64,000 nucleotides of DNA, from assembly GCA_963666205.1 (NCBI GenBank), contig OY762654.1:928001-992000 (forward strand), given 5' to 3'. This DNA comes from Synergistales bacterium. Its GTDB lineage: Bacteria > Synergistota > Synergistia > Synergistales > JAFGMB01. The notes beneath the pieces were generated by a model that had not been told where the DNA came from, made no database searches, and saw nothing but the letters and a program-made list of their open reading frames with translations. The translations under genes and the position numbers were made by a program. Shown here piece after piece: positions 9,408-18,875 of this stretch (the first letter of the stretch is position 1; the number at the start of each line of letters is the position of its first letter).

Positions 9408-10943
9408 TCAGGAAAAATCACTTATCTCGCTCCGGACTGCCTGAAGGATCTTTCCCTCTTCCAACAGAACTTGCATTTCCTGTATCAGTGGGTACATGTA
9501 CTGATCTTTTTCAAGAAAGGGAACCCTTGACCGGATAGTATTGAACGCGGCTAATGTACCTTGACCCGGTTTAAGGGGAAAACTGAATTCCAGGGCCTGG
9601 CATGCCGTGAGAAACTCTATGGATAGAACCTTGGACAGGTTCGAGGTAATAGTTTGTGCTTTTCTGGCACTGTAGGCTCCCATGGAAACGTGATCTTCCT
9701 GGTTAGCCGAAGTAGGAATTGAATCCACTGATGAGGGATGAGCCAGGACTTTGTTTTCAGAAACAAGAGCAGCACAAGTATACTGGGGGATCATGAATCC
9801 GCTGTTAAGACCGCTATTCTTCATGAGGAATGGAGGAAGCCCTGAAAGCTTGGCATCTACCAGGCGAGCGACCCTTCTCTCTGAAATATTCGCCAACTCA
9901 GCTGCTGCTATCGCAAAGAAATCCATTGAAAGTGCTATGGGCTGTCCATGAAAATTCCCCCCGCTTAAAGACTCCCCATCTGAAGGGAATATCAGGGGAT
10001 TATCTGTAACAGAATTCATCTCCACCTCAAGAATACCCTTTATATAATTAAAAGCATCCCGGCTGGCTCCGTGAACCTGTGGAACACATCTGAGTGAATA
10101 GGCATCCTGAACTCTATCACGCTTATATTTTTCAATGATCTCACTATTTCTGATCAGTTTTCTTATATTTCCGGCTACTTTACGCTGCCCTTTATAGGGT
10201 CTCAGTTCGTGGGTCCTGTCATCGAAAGCATAGGGAACACCGTGAAGGGCTTCAAGGGATATTGCAGCACTGACATCTGCAAGGGCGGCAAGCTCCTGGA
10301 CATCCGCCAGGGCCAGAATGCTGACCCCTGCCATTGCTGCTGTTCCGTTATTAAGTGCAAGTCCTTCCTTTGGACCTAGTTCAACGGGTTCAAGACCTGC
10401 CTCATTCAAAGCCTTGCGGGCCGGCATTCTCTCTCCATGGAAAAAGACTTCCCCCACTCCGATGAGAGGAAGGGCAAGATGAGAAAGGGGGCAGAGATCC
10501 CCACTTGCACCGACAGATCCCTGGGAAGGAATTACAGGATGAATACCCATATTCAGAAAATTAACAAGCTGTATGACAGGAGAAGGGCTTATCCCGGAAA
10601 ACCCTCTGATAAGACTGTTAAGTCTTAACAACATTATTGAACGTACAACATCTTCGGGATATAGATCCCCGACTCCACAGGCATGGCTTTTAAGAAGATT
10701 TTCCTGAAGTAATCTGCTGTTCCGTGGAGATATGACTACAGAAGCCAGATCACCAAAACCAGTACTGACCCCATACACTATTTTGCCGGAATTTACCCAT
10801 TCCCTGACAATCCCGGAACCTCGTTCAACGAAGGCCAGAGCCGAAGGATCAAGTTCTACCTGACAGTTTTTTCTTGCTACCCTGATAACATCTTCCAGAT
10901 CCAGAGAATGTCCATTTAATAGTACCCTGTCGCTGTCATTCAT
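9408..10943 (-). CDS. hutH: Histidine ammonia-lyase
   Basis: YGVSTGFG, GSVGASGDL (ASG/MIO), KEGLALNNGT, QDAYSLRC, GGNFHG, QEDHVSMG. Confidence 0.96.
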   Translation of the reverse strand: MNDSDRVLLNGHSLDLEDVIRVARKNCQVELDPSALAFVERGSGIVREWVNSGKIVYGVSTGFGDLASVVISPRNSRLLQENLLKSHACGVGDLYPEDVVRSIMLLRLNSLIRGFSGISPSPVIQLVNFLNMGIHPVIPSQGSVGASGDLCPLSHLALPLIGVGEVFFHGERMPARKALNEAGLEPVELGPKEGLALNNGTAAMAGVSILALADVQELAALADVSAAISLEALHGVPYAFDDRTHELRPYKGQRKVAGNIRKLIRNSEIIEKYKRDRVQDAYSLRCVPQVHGASRDAFNYIKGILEVEMNSVTDNPLIFPSDGESLSGGNFHGQPIALSMDFFAIAAAELANISERRVARLVDAKLSGLPPFLMKNSGLNSGFMIPQYTCAALVSENKVLAHPSSVDSIPTSANQEDHVSMGAYSARKAQTITSNLSKVLSIEFLTACQALEFSFPLKPGQGTLAAFNTIRSRVPFLEKDQYMYPLIQEMQVLLEEGKILQAVRSEISDFS

Positions 10944-10988
10944 TTTTCGATCACATCCTCCTGCTATGCTAGTTAGAATAAATAGAAT

Positions 10989-11028
10989 TTTGCCTTCACT
11001 TTAGTGTACACCATAAAGTGAAGGCAAA
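10989..11028 (-). promoter_or_regulatory. Long hairpin in the hutH leader (possible attenuator or operator)
   Basis: 15-bp perfect arms tttgccttcacttta / taaagtgaaggcaaa, 45 bp upstream of the hutH ATG. Confidence 0.5.
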
Positions 11029-11147
11029 CAAGCGTTATGAACCAGATCAGGAATTCTTCCACATAAGATAGATGATTTTTGACTAAAAATCCGGCATATC
11101 TTCTGGAACTCAACATGGATCTTTCCAGATTCCCCGAATGCAGGATA

Positions 11148-11181
11148 GCTCAATATTTCTCTGTACAGAGAAATATTGAGC
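11148..11181. repeat. Perfect 34-bp palindrome with no loop
   Basis: gctcaatatttctctgt|acagagaaatattgagc is its own reverse complement. Confidence 0.85.
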
Positions 11182-11233
11182 ACATAGTCCCAATATCCAT
11201 AATATAAAAGTCCCGTACGGTGACCTTGATTTT

Positions 11234-11785
11234 GTGCTATTCCTATTAAGGAGAAGCGTTATTTTAATAAAACAAAAAGGCAAGGAGTGGATTCCCATCA
11301 GGACAGGAAGAACAGGCTTTACCCTGATCGAGACGATGATAGTCATGATAATTATCGGCATCCTGGCCAGCATGTTGCTTCTTGCATCTTTCAGCGCCAC
11401 GACCAGGGCAGAAGCCACCAGACTCGTAAGCAACATGGAAAACCTGAGGGTTGGATGTGTGATGTATTACTGCGACAAAGAGGTATGGCCGGAGGATCTC
11501 TCCCAGCTTGCCGGAACAATGGATATCCAGTACAGTCCCGAAAAATGGGCTTCAATGGGATATGCTCTAACAGATTCAGACTCAGACCTCTGCTGTGTTA
11601 TTTGTGATGTTACAGGAATTTCAGAAGGCATAAGGAACAGTCTGGGCAGGATGGCACAGCAAAGCTGCATATTATATTCGCACACCAACGGAGCGATAAA
11701 CTCTAACCAGGATTTAGACCTGTACGCTGCACAGGATACCGGATACGTACTTATGGTGGTTTATAACAAATCCAGACATCAGTAG
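11234..11785 (+). CDS. Prepilin-type N-terminal cleavage/methylation domain protein (start codon uncertain)
   Basis: RTG|FTLIETMIVMIIIGILA class III signal, then AEATRLVSNMENLR..MYY.D helix. Confidence 0.85.
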   Translation: MLFLLRRSVILIKQKGKEWIPIRTGRTGFTLIETMIVMIIIGILASMLLLASFSATTRAEATRLVSNMENLRVGCVMYYCDKEVWPEDLSQLAGTMDIQYSPEKWASMGYALTDSDSDLCCVICDVTGISEGIRNSLGRMAQQSCILYSHTNGAINSNQDLDLYAAQDTGYVLMVVYNKSRHQ

Positions 11786-11874
11786 ATTCTTCCTTCTGTC
11801 CTGCCTGTCTACTTTAGATGGAACATATCAATAAAAAGTGCTTTCAGATCTTATACCTGGAGGAAAGAACTTTG

Positions 11875-12345
11875 ATGAAAAGGCAGAGAGGGTTCACCCT
11901 TATAGTTATTATTATTGTTATAGCGATCATGGGAATACTGTCTGTCAGACATATGACGGCAGTCTTTCAAGGGGAAGAAGAATCTCCCCGGGAAACAATT
12001 ACCCTTGCTTCCTCTATAAGAATAACGGGGGATCTTGAAGAACTTAAAACCGCAGTAAGCGCTTTCTACGTGGATAAAGGAAGATGGCCCGGGGATATAG
12101 AAGAAATTGCTGGAATTGTTGGCAGAAGGGATCTTTCACAAAGGGGATTCAGTTTATTCAAGACCGACAGCAGCCTGTATATCCTTGCTAAACTCCCTGA
12201 CGATCAACCTGCGCTCAGGGAAATTCTTTTATCGGAGGCTTCGAAAAAGGGACTCATGGGATGCATATCCGCAGAAGAACTTGAAAATTCAGACCCTGCC
12301 CCCTTTGATAGGTCACATCTCTATCTGGTGACAAAGGTACGATAG
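11875..12345 (+). CDS. Second prepilin/pseudopilin-like protein (Glu+5 replaced by Val)
   Basis: MKRQRG|FTLIVIIIVIAIMGIL; DLEELKTAVSAFYVDKGRWP; GGAGG RBS upstream. Confidence 0.8.
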   Translation: MKRQRGFTLIVIIIVIAIMGILSVRHMTAVFQGEEESPRETITLASSIRITGDLEELKTAVSAFYVDKGRWPGDIEEIAGIVGRRDLSQRGFSLFKTDSSLYILAKLPDDQPALREILLSEASKKGLMGCISAEELENSDPAPFDRSHLYLVTKVR

Positions 12346-12622
12346 CTTGAAATACCCATAACTTCCTCCCATGCTTTGCTTATTCGGCTATTACCTGATC
12401 TTGTTTGACATCTTCCCACTCCGGATAAAGGGTATAATAAAATTCAGTATAGATCTTTTCCTTCATTAAACATGAAAATACCTTTTCAATCCAGAAAATA
12501 ACCCGTTCCAGTTCTGAATTACAATGATGCCTGAAAATACTTTTCCATTTAATGTTTAAGCATCGGTAATACTCCCTTCTTTACGTAGAGATAGTATCCT
12601 TAACGAAAAGAGTTGATGCCAA

Positions 12623-13123
12623 TTGCTCAGTCCCACATGGGGTTATCTGACCTTGGATGAGACGATCCACAGGATCAATGATTTTCTGTCCAGGAAAAAA
12701 GAAGAGGACTATCGGTTTATAGTAGGAACGGACTCCCAGGTCTATCCTGACCTCAGGGTCGTTTTTATATCTGCCGTAATAGTGCACCGGATAGGGAAGG
12801 GGGCCATCTATTTTTATGACAGGGAACTGATAATCAAAAGATTCGCCCTTGAGGAAAGGATGTTCACGGAAGTGTCCCTGAGTCTGAAAATGGCTGGTGA
12901 TCTATTGAAGGCCATGGAAAGATCTCCTGAATTTATTTCATCCCATCTTCCCGAGATCGAGATCCATATCGATATTGGTAATAATGGACGAACCAGGGAA
13001 CTTGTCAGTTCGGTTGTTGGAATGGTCAGAGGAAGCGGGTTCGCATGTCAGACCAAACCTGACGCATGTGGAGCGAGTACCGTAGCGGACAGGCATACTA
13101 GAATCCAATCCATGGCCTATTGA
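12623..13123 (+). CDS. Ribonuclease H-like YkuK family protein (DUF458)
   Basis: SPT, IVGTDSQ, VHRIGKG, EIHIDIG.NG.T, ASTVADRHT. Confidence 0.85.
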   Translation: MLSPTWGYLTLDETIHRINDFLSRKKEEDYRFIVGTDSQVYPDLRVVFISAVIVHRIGKGAIYFYDRELIIKRFALEERMFTEVSLSLKMAGDLLKAMERSPEFISSHLPEIEIHIDIGNNGRTRELVSSVVGMVRGSGFACQTKPDACGASTVADRHTRIQSMAY

Positions 13124-13305
13124 GCTCCCTTCTATTTCCATAGAGGATCACCTGCACCACCCTGCACTGAATTATGATTCCCCCTTGCAAAATAACTCGA
13201 CATGGTGTTACATTAGACAATTAGAATGATACTGTAGTATCTTGCCTGTCTAAACCTGGTGACTTTCTGAAACCCTGCAGAAAGGGGCAGGATAATGGTG
13301 GGGAG

Positions 13306-13953
13306 GTGAAGGATTTGTCTTATTCGTCTGAATCAAATCATAATATTCAGCTCTATGACAACTGGTTCAGTAATTATCCCTACGCATATGAGTCTGAACT
13401 AAGTCTTGTCAGAAGTCTACTTACCGATTTTGAGAAAGGATTGGAAATTGGTGTAGGAACGGGCAGATTCGCAGAAAGACTCGGGATAAGGATCGGACTT
13501 GAACCTTCCATTACCATGGCCGAAACAGCAAGAAGCCGGGGAATAAGGGTTGTGGAGGGCACAGCAGAAGCCATACCCTTTGAAAATAACAGCTTTGACT
13601 TTGTACTGATGATAAATGTGATATGTTTTATTTCAGATCTGGAAAAAGCCCTTGCAGAATCCTTAAGAGTTCTTGAACCGGGAGGGTTTCTCATTCTTGG
13701 TTTTATAGATGGGAAAAATCCTTCCGGACAAGCATACCAGGATGTCCGTTTCAAAGGACTTATGTGCAGGGAACCATGGTTCTACTCGGTAAGGGAGATC
13801 TCATACCTGCTCACTAAGACGGGCTTTGAAAACCTGGACTATGCACAGACCATATTTATGGATTTCCATAAAATGACAGAACCGGATAGAGTCAAGAAAG
13901 GATTCGGCGAAGGAGCCGTTATTGCGATACGGGCACAGAAGGAACTCGAATGA
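13306..13953 (+). CDS. Class I SAM-dependent methyltransferase
   Basis: LEIGVGTGRF motif I, AEAIPF..SFD, RVLEPGG. Confidence 0.88.
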   Translation: MKDLSYSSESNHNIQLYDNWFSNYPYAYESELSLVRSLLTDFEKGLEIGVGTGRFAERLGIRIGLEPSITMAETARSRGIRVVEGTAEAIPFENNSFDFVLMINVICFISDLEKALAESLRVLEPGGFLILGFIDGKNPSGQAYQDVRFKGLMCREPWFYSVREISYLLTKTGFENLDYAQTIFMDFHKMTEPDRVKKGFGEGAVIAIRAQKELE

Positions 13954-13998
13954 ATCTATTTATTCAATTGTCACATCCGGACCATAGTCACAAAAGCT

Positions 13999-14043
13999 AA
14001 AAGAGCCGGGAATCTTCCCACGAAAGGATAGTCCGGCTCTTTT
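13999..14043. terminator. Bidirectional terminator
   Basis: aaaagagccgg...ccggctctttt between convergent genes. Confidence 0.7.
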
Positions 14044-14086
14044 ATTATTTACAGGTAGTCCCGGAGAGGCATCTATCGATGAATAT

Positions 14087-15745
14087 TTACCCTTCCCGAT
14101 TAAGCTCACAGATCCTCTGGACAGCGTAGGAAAGCAAACCCGGGACTATTTCCAGACCTGAAGCAAGATCAAGTCTTTCGGTATTTTTGTGGCAATCCTT
14201 ACCTACAGGTCCAATATTCATAACAGGAATATCCAGGCAAAGCAGTTCTTCTACCGGAAGGCTGTATATCTTACCCCAACCCGGAGTATTTTCCACAATT
14301 GGTTCCAGGTCGTCCCTGTCTCCCTGGAAACCAACATAGCTGAGGTCCGTTATACCCTCAAAGACCTCTTCTATGGATATTTCCTGTTCATATCTATCTC
14401 TCGCGAAGTCCACCATCTCTTCTGCTGTTCTGATTATAACCAGTTCCCTCACTGACTTTCTACGATTGACACGATAAGGGTTATAGGGGGGCAGGAACCC
14501 GATAACAGCAAAGGGGCCTTTATAACCTGAAACATCTATCATCCAGTTAAGGATCGCTATACCCCTGTCCCTTTCATCATCCTCTTCGGAAAAGGAAGAA
14601 ATAAGATCATCAAGGGCGGTGAGATAGTTATCTCCCAATTTCCCCCTGGCCTTTTCCTCTATTTCCTGAACGGTGAAAACCTTCGGTTCTATCTCGTAAT
14701 CAGGTAGATTCTTCTGTCCCATCTGCCTGTAACAGCCTGCAGAATTCTTGAGATGAAGAAAAGTTCTTTCAAGGGCAAGGGAAGCAAGGGAATTCATTTC
14801 TTCCATTACCACAGCAGGAGTCTTGGATACGGTCAGACAATTGTAATAGGCAACAGCCCTCTCAGGCATAGTAACAGAATAGGAATCCCGAAGATCCTTG
14901 ATCTTGAGACATGTCTGGGGTGGAAATAATCTGTTCCCGAGCATATCTGAATAGGATGGATTACCCTCAATGAGTATATTGAGGTGGGACGCAATTAGAG
15001 AAGCGCTTATTCCCTCGAAATACTCTCCTACGTGTGATTCCTTTCCTACACAAAGATAAAAGGGCATTATTTTCCCGATTGAACCGGTGTAAATACTTCC
15101 TGAACCCACCTTGTCTATGGTAACAGTAGGCTCCGTATTTATGCAGGCAAGCAGATCAAGACCCATTTCCTCCTGAAAACCGGCTATATACGGAACGGCC
15201 CCCCTCATTCCTGCGGAAGTATTCTCTTCATCCGGTACTGCAAGAAAAAGCAGATTGCCTTTCAGATCCTCTCTTTTCCTGGAAAAATCAGCAATAAGGG
15301 CCATTTCCATGGCTATTCCGGCTTTCATGTCGGCAACACCTCTTCCAAAAAGGTAGTTGCCGCTTTCAAGATCCAGTCTGGCCTCTTCTGAAATAGGCAT
15401 TTCACCTATCCTTCGGGTATACTCTTCGGGATCAAAGGCAATATCCCTGAGAGGACCGCATACGTCAACATCAACAACATCAAAATGACCTGTTACGATA
15501 ACAGTTTTTCTTGTTTCCGGAACAGCCCTGACAAGAGCTGTTACTATATTACGACCCAGGTGATCACCTTCAATAGGGAGTAGTTGAAGATCTTCAGGAT
15601 GATCTCTGAAATAATCAAGTTCAGAGAGCCTGTTGTATATCATTGCTGCAGCCAGATTTTCTCCTTCCGGTGATGCCGAGATACTGGGAACTGAACATAG
15701 TTCAATTAATAGTCTGTAAATACCATCCCTGTTGTATTGGATCAA
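14087..15745 (-). CDS. rocB: M20-family metallohydrolase, arginine utilisation protein RocB-like
   Basis: About 550 aa; GHFDVV, GRGVADMKAG, PDEENTSAGM, GSIGK, ESHVGE, GITDLSY, NIGP.GKDCHK.TERL. Confidence 0.8.
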   Translation of the reverse strand: MIQYNRDGIYRLLIELCSVPSISASPEGENLAAAMIYNRLSELDYFRDHPEDLQLLPIEGDHLGRNIVTALVRAVPETRKTVIVTGHFDVVDVDVCGPLRDIAFDPEEYTRRIGEMPISEEARLDLESGNYLFGRGVADMKAGIAMEMALIADFSRKREDLKGNLLFLAVPDEENTSAGMRGAVPYIAGFQEEMGLDLLACINTEPTVTIDKVGSGSIYTGSIGKIMPFYLCVGKESHVGEYFEGISASLIASHLNILIEGNPSYSDMLGNRLFPPQTCLKIKDLRDSYSVTMPERAVAYYNCLTVSKTPAVVMEEMNSLASLALERTFLHLKNSAGCYRQMGQKNLPDYEIEPKVFTVQEIEEKARGKLGDNYLTALDDLISSFSEEDDERDRGIAILNWMIDVSGYKGPFAVIGFLPPYNPYRVNRRKSVRELVIIRTAEEMVDFARDRYEQEISIEEVFEGITDLSYVGFQGDRDDLEPIVENTPGWGKIYSLPVEELLCLDIPVMNIGPVGKDCHKNTERLDLASGLEIVPGLLSYAVQRICELNREG

Positions 15746-15863
15746 AATATCTCCCTCCACTCAGTTTTTCAGAAAGTAATCGATCTCCATGAAACTGATG
15801 GCAGATCTGGGTCCGATTGTATCATTTTAGAGGTGAGATAGTAGAAGCGGGGTCATCATAAGA

Positions 15864-16910
15864 TCAGATAATACTCATTAAGCCAGGAATGGCCAATTCC
15901 AGGATTGAGATGGAACTCGAATATTCATTCAGATCTATTCTTTCCTGATCAGTATGGTCAAGGTGACTGTCTCCCGGACCATAGGCTGCCATAGGACAGT
16001 TCCATGCCGCAGCAAGGTTGAAATCCGCGGTTCCACCCTTTGCAAGCAACCTTGGTTTGAATCCGGATTTTCTTATTCCCACCCTGAAAGCTCTTATCAC
16101 CGGGTCACTGGTTGGAACGACATGGGCCTTTATCGCAGAGCGGACTTCTGCTTCGACTCCCCACTTTATGGCATATTTCCTGGCTATTTCGATCCATCTA
16201 TCGGGATCTGTGCCAACAGGAAGCCTGATATCAAGATCTATACAGGCAGAACGACCCACATTTTCTCTTCCCTCCATAAAAGCAACTGCTCCACTGGTCC
16301 GTTCTATGATCGGTTTATCGCGGATATCCACCAATTCAATACTTTTCAGAATTTCTGCCGATGCCAGAAGACAACCAGTAAGAGGTCCTGCATCTCCACT
16401 GCGGTGAGCACCCCCATCTTCTCCTTTGATCCACATTCTGAGGCTTCCCCGGTATCCAAGGGTGACTCCGTCATAACCGGAAGGTTCGCCGATAATACAG
16501 GCAGCAGGAGAATGGAGGGGTATTCTGAAACGGGCTCCCATGGAATCTGTTTCCTCTCTTACAGCAGCGATTAAGGTCAACCTCCAGTCTTCAGGCACAT
16601 CTATCTTTCCTCCTGCTACTGCTAACGAACAGAGTGGCCCCTTCGCGTCCACCGATCCTCTACCCCAAAGGACATTCCCATCAAGTTTAAAGAGAGGACC
16701 TCCCGGAACAGTGTCAACGTGACAAAGAAGGACGAGCTCCTTTTCCCCCTTCCCCTTTCCGGCTACAAGATTTCCTGCATCATCAATGAATGCCGAATCC
16801 CAACCAAAACCGGGTAGGGTTTCAGCAAGATATTTGACAGCTTCTCCTTCTTTTCCGCTTATGCTCTGGATACCCACGAGGTTAACCAGAAAAGCTTCAT
16901 TGGTCGTCAT
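15864..16910 (-). CDS. lysK: [LysW]-lysine/[LysW]-ornithine hydrolase
   Basis: HVDTVPG, GRGSVDAKGP, REETDS, GEPS, LGYRG, GTADFN, YGPGDS.LDHT..E; cluster context. Confidence 0.88.
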   Translation of the reverse strand: MTTNEAFLVNLVGIQSISGKEGEAVKYLAETLPGFGWDSAFIDDAGNLVAGKGKGEKELVLLCHVDTVPGGPLFKLDGNVLWGRGSVDAKGPLCSLAVAGGKIDVPEDWRLTLIAAVREETDSMGARFRIPLHSPAACIIGEPSGYDGVTLGYRGSLRMWIKGEDGGAHRSGDAGPLTGCLLASAEILKSIELVDIRDKPIIERTSGAVAFMEGRENVGRSACIDLDIRLPVGTDPDRWIEIARKYAIKWGVEAEVRSAIKAHVVPTSDPVIRAFRVGIRKSGFKPRLLAKGGTADFNLAAAWNCPMAAYGPGDSHLDHTDQERIDLNEYSSSISILELAIPGLMSII

Positions 16911-18030
16911 TCCATATCACTTCCAGAGTTTCTGCAAGTACAGATATGACTGTGTCATAATCTTCTTTTCCAGCAGTAAAGGGAGGCATAAATCGAAGGA
17001 CCATGGGACCTGCCGGAAGGGCCAGGACACCCTTCTGCTGAAGGATGGACACAACCTGGCTGGCCTTGACCGAAAGCTCGATCCCCGTAAGGATACCCTG
17101 TCCCCGAACCTCCCGAATTAATGGGTTTTTTAATTGTTTAAGGGCTGAGCGGAATTTACTTCCGTCTTCTATTGCCTTAGCTGGAAAGTTTTCTTCCAGG
17201 AGAAGATCAAGGGCTGCAAGACCCACTGCTGAAACAAGGGGATTACCACCATATGTTGACCCATGTCCCTTGGCAGGAAAATCGCCAATTTCACCCTTCC
17301 ATATGGTTACTCCTACAGGAAGACCTCCCGCAACACCTTTTGCGAGGCAGACAATGTGTGGATCCATTCCTGTCAATGAACTGGCAAGAACATGTCCACA
17401 GCGCCCCCAACCACACTGGATCTCGTCAGCTATAAGAAGAGATCCATTCTCCCTGCAGGCAAGGTTGATCCGCTGTGCCAGTTCCTTTCCCAGAGAATAC
17501 ACTCCACCCTCTCCCTGGACAGGTTCCACAAAGACTGCCGCAGTATCCTGGTCTATCGAAGCAGGAAGATCTTCCGGGGAAACATGAAGGACTGATGGCA
17601 ATATATCTTTCCAGTATTTTTTATACTGAGGATTAAAGGTCAGAGACAGGGCACCAAGGGTCCTTCCATGGAAACCCCTCCTCAGGGCTATGATCTTTGT
17701 TCTTCCCGGTTTCAAAGCTACTGCAAGCTTGAGGGCCGCTTCGATCGCCTCTGCTCCGCTGTTACCCAGATAAACACGCCCTTCCGGAAGGAGTCCTCCC
17801 AGTCTTAACCTGAATTTCTCCCTGGCAGGTGAATTAAATCCGGCTCCAAGTGTCCAGGGATAATGTGAAGCTCTTTCCAGAGCTTTTACCAGTACTGGAT
17901 GGGAATGTCCGAAAAGAGCCGCTCCATGACCGCACATGAAGTCAATATATTTTCTGCCATCCCTGTCCCAGACAAGAGCCCCCTTCCCACCAGCTATTTC
18001 CAGTTTTCTGGATCCATAAATCAATGACAT
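16897..18030 (-). CDS. lysJ: [LysW]-aminoadipate/glutamate semialdehyde aminotransferase (class III)
   Basis: NSGAEAIE, FHGRTLG, EPVQGEGG, DEIQCG, AKG (PLP Lys), HGSTYGGNP. Confidence 0.88.
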   Translation of the reverse strand: MSLIYGSRKLEIAGGKGALVWDRDGRKYIDFMCGHGAALFGHSHPVLVKALERASHYPWTLGAGFNSPAREKFRLRLGGLLPEGRVYLGNSGAEAIEAALKLAVALKPGRTKIIALRRGFHGRTLGALSLTFNPQYKKYWKDILPSVLHVSPEDLPASIDQDTAAVFVEPVQGEGGVYSLGKELAQRINLACRENGSLLIADEIQCGWGRCGHVLASSLTGMDPHIVCLAKGVAGGLPVGVTIWKGEIGDFPAKGHGSTYGGNPLVSAVGLAALDLLLEENFPAKAIEDGSKFRSALKQLKNPLIREVRGQGILTGIELSVKASQVVSILQQKGVLALPAGPMVLRFMPPFTAGKEDYDTVISVLAETLEVIWNDDQ

Positions 18031-18860
18031 AACATGGTTCCTCCTCCCGAAAGGGCTTTTTCTAAAGGTTCTTCTTCTCTGCTGTCAGCTATAAACACCC
18101 TCTGCACTTTCTGCTCCAGAGCTTCCCTGGCAGCCAGAAGTTTTCTTTTCATGTTCCCTTCGGCACATTTCTCCAGTCTGTCCCACTGGGAAAGATCGGC
18201 CTTCCGGATCAGGCTGGCACTGTCAGACGGGTCTGAAAGCAGACCGGGAACGTTGCTCAGAATAACAAGTACATCCCCTTGCAGAGCTCCTGCTGCTGCC
18301 GCTGCCAATCTGTCGCCATCTACGTTAAGGGCGCTCTTATCCTCTAGAGACAAAGCAATGGGAGGCAGAATGGGAAGGGCTCCCATAGACCAGGCCTTCC
18401 TTACCCACTCGGGGTTGAAAGACATAACTTTCCCGCTGTAATTACCTCTGAGTATCCTTATACGCCCATTTTCCACAGACCTGAGAACATCCTTGCGTTT
18501 TCCGAAAGCTGATGGGAAATACTGCGGGTACAGAGGCAATACCCATAGTCCAAGGAGAGCCGCTGCCGAGACAAGGTCTATGGAAAACTTTGTACAGGCG
18601 AATTCAAAGAGCTCCCGTTCCTTTTCTCCAACGTAGCGGCTGCGGAACCCGCTCGGGCTTATCACATAATCGGGTTCCAGGCCGGAAGCGATACAGATAT
18701 CCTCCATGGATCCGCTTGCTCCATGAACAAGAAGCCATTTTTCTCCCCGTTCTGTTCGTACAGCAAGATCTTTCAATAATGGCATCACATTGTTACCCCT
18801 TGCTCCGCCGATCTTCACGACACCCGTTCCGAGAGTTTTCATTTTTTCAGACCCTTTCAT
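18021..18860 (-). CDS. lysZ: [LysW]-aminoadipate/glutamate kinase (alternative start 18842)
   Basis: VVKIGG, VHGAS, SPSGFRSRY, LNVDGDRLAA, MKRKL. Confidence 0.9.
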   Translation of the reverse strand: MKGSEKMKTLGTGVVKIGGARGNNVMPLLKDLAVRTERGEKWLLVHGASGSMEDICIASGLEPDYVISPSGFRSRYVGEKERELFEFACTKFSIDLVSAAALLGLWVLPLYPQYFPSAFGKRKDVLRSVENGRIRILRGNYSGKVMSFNPEWVRKAWSMGALPILPPIALSLEDKSALNVDGDRLAAAAAGALQGDVLVILSNVPGLLSDPSDSASLIRKADLSQWDRLEKCAEGNMKRKLLAAREALEQKVQRVFIADSREEEPLEKALSGGGTMLCH

Positions 18861-18875
18861 TGTCAGTCATTTCCA

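Noticed and set aside
13213-13300. Possible structured leader (TTAGACA...TGTCTAA with inner GATAC/GTATC) before the methyltransferase
   Set aside because: Matches no SAM/SAH riboswitch I can recognise, and the 5' arm overlaps the likely -10 element, so it may not be transcribed
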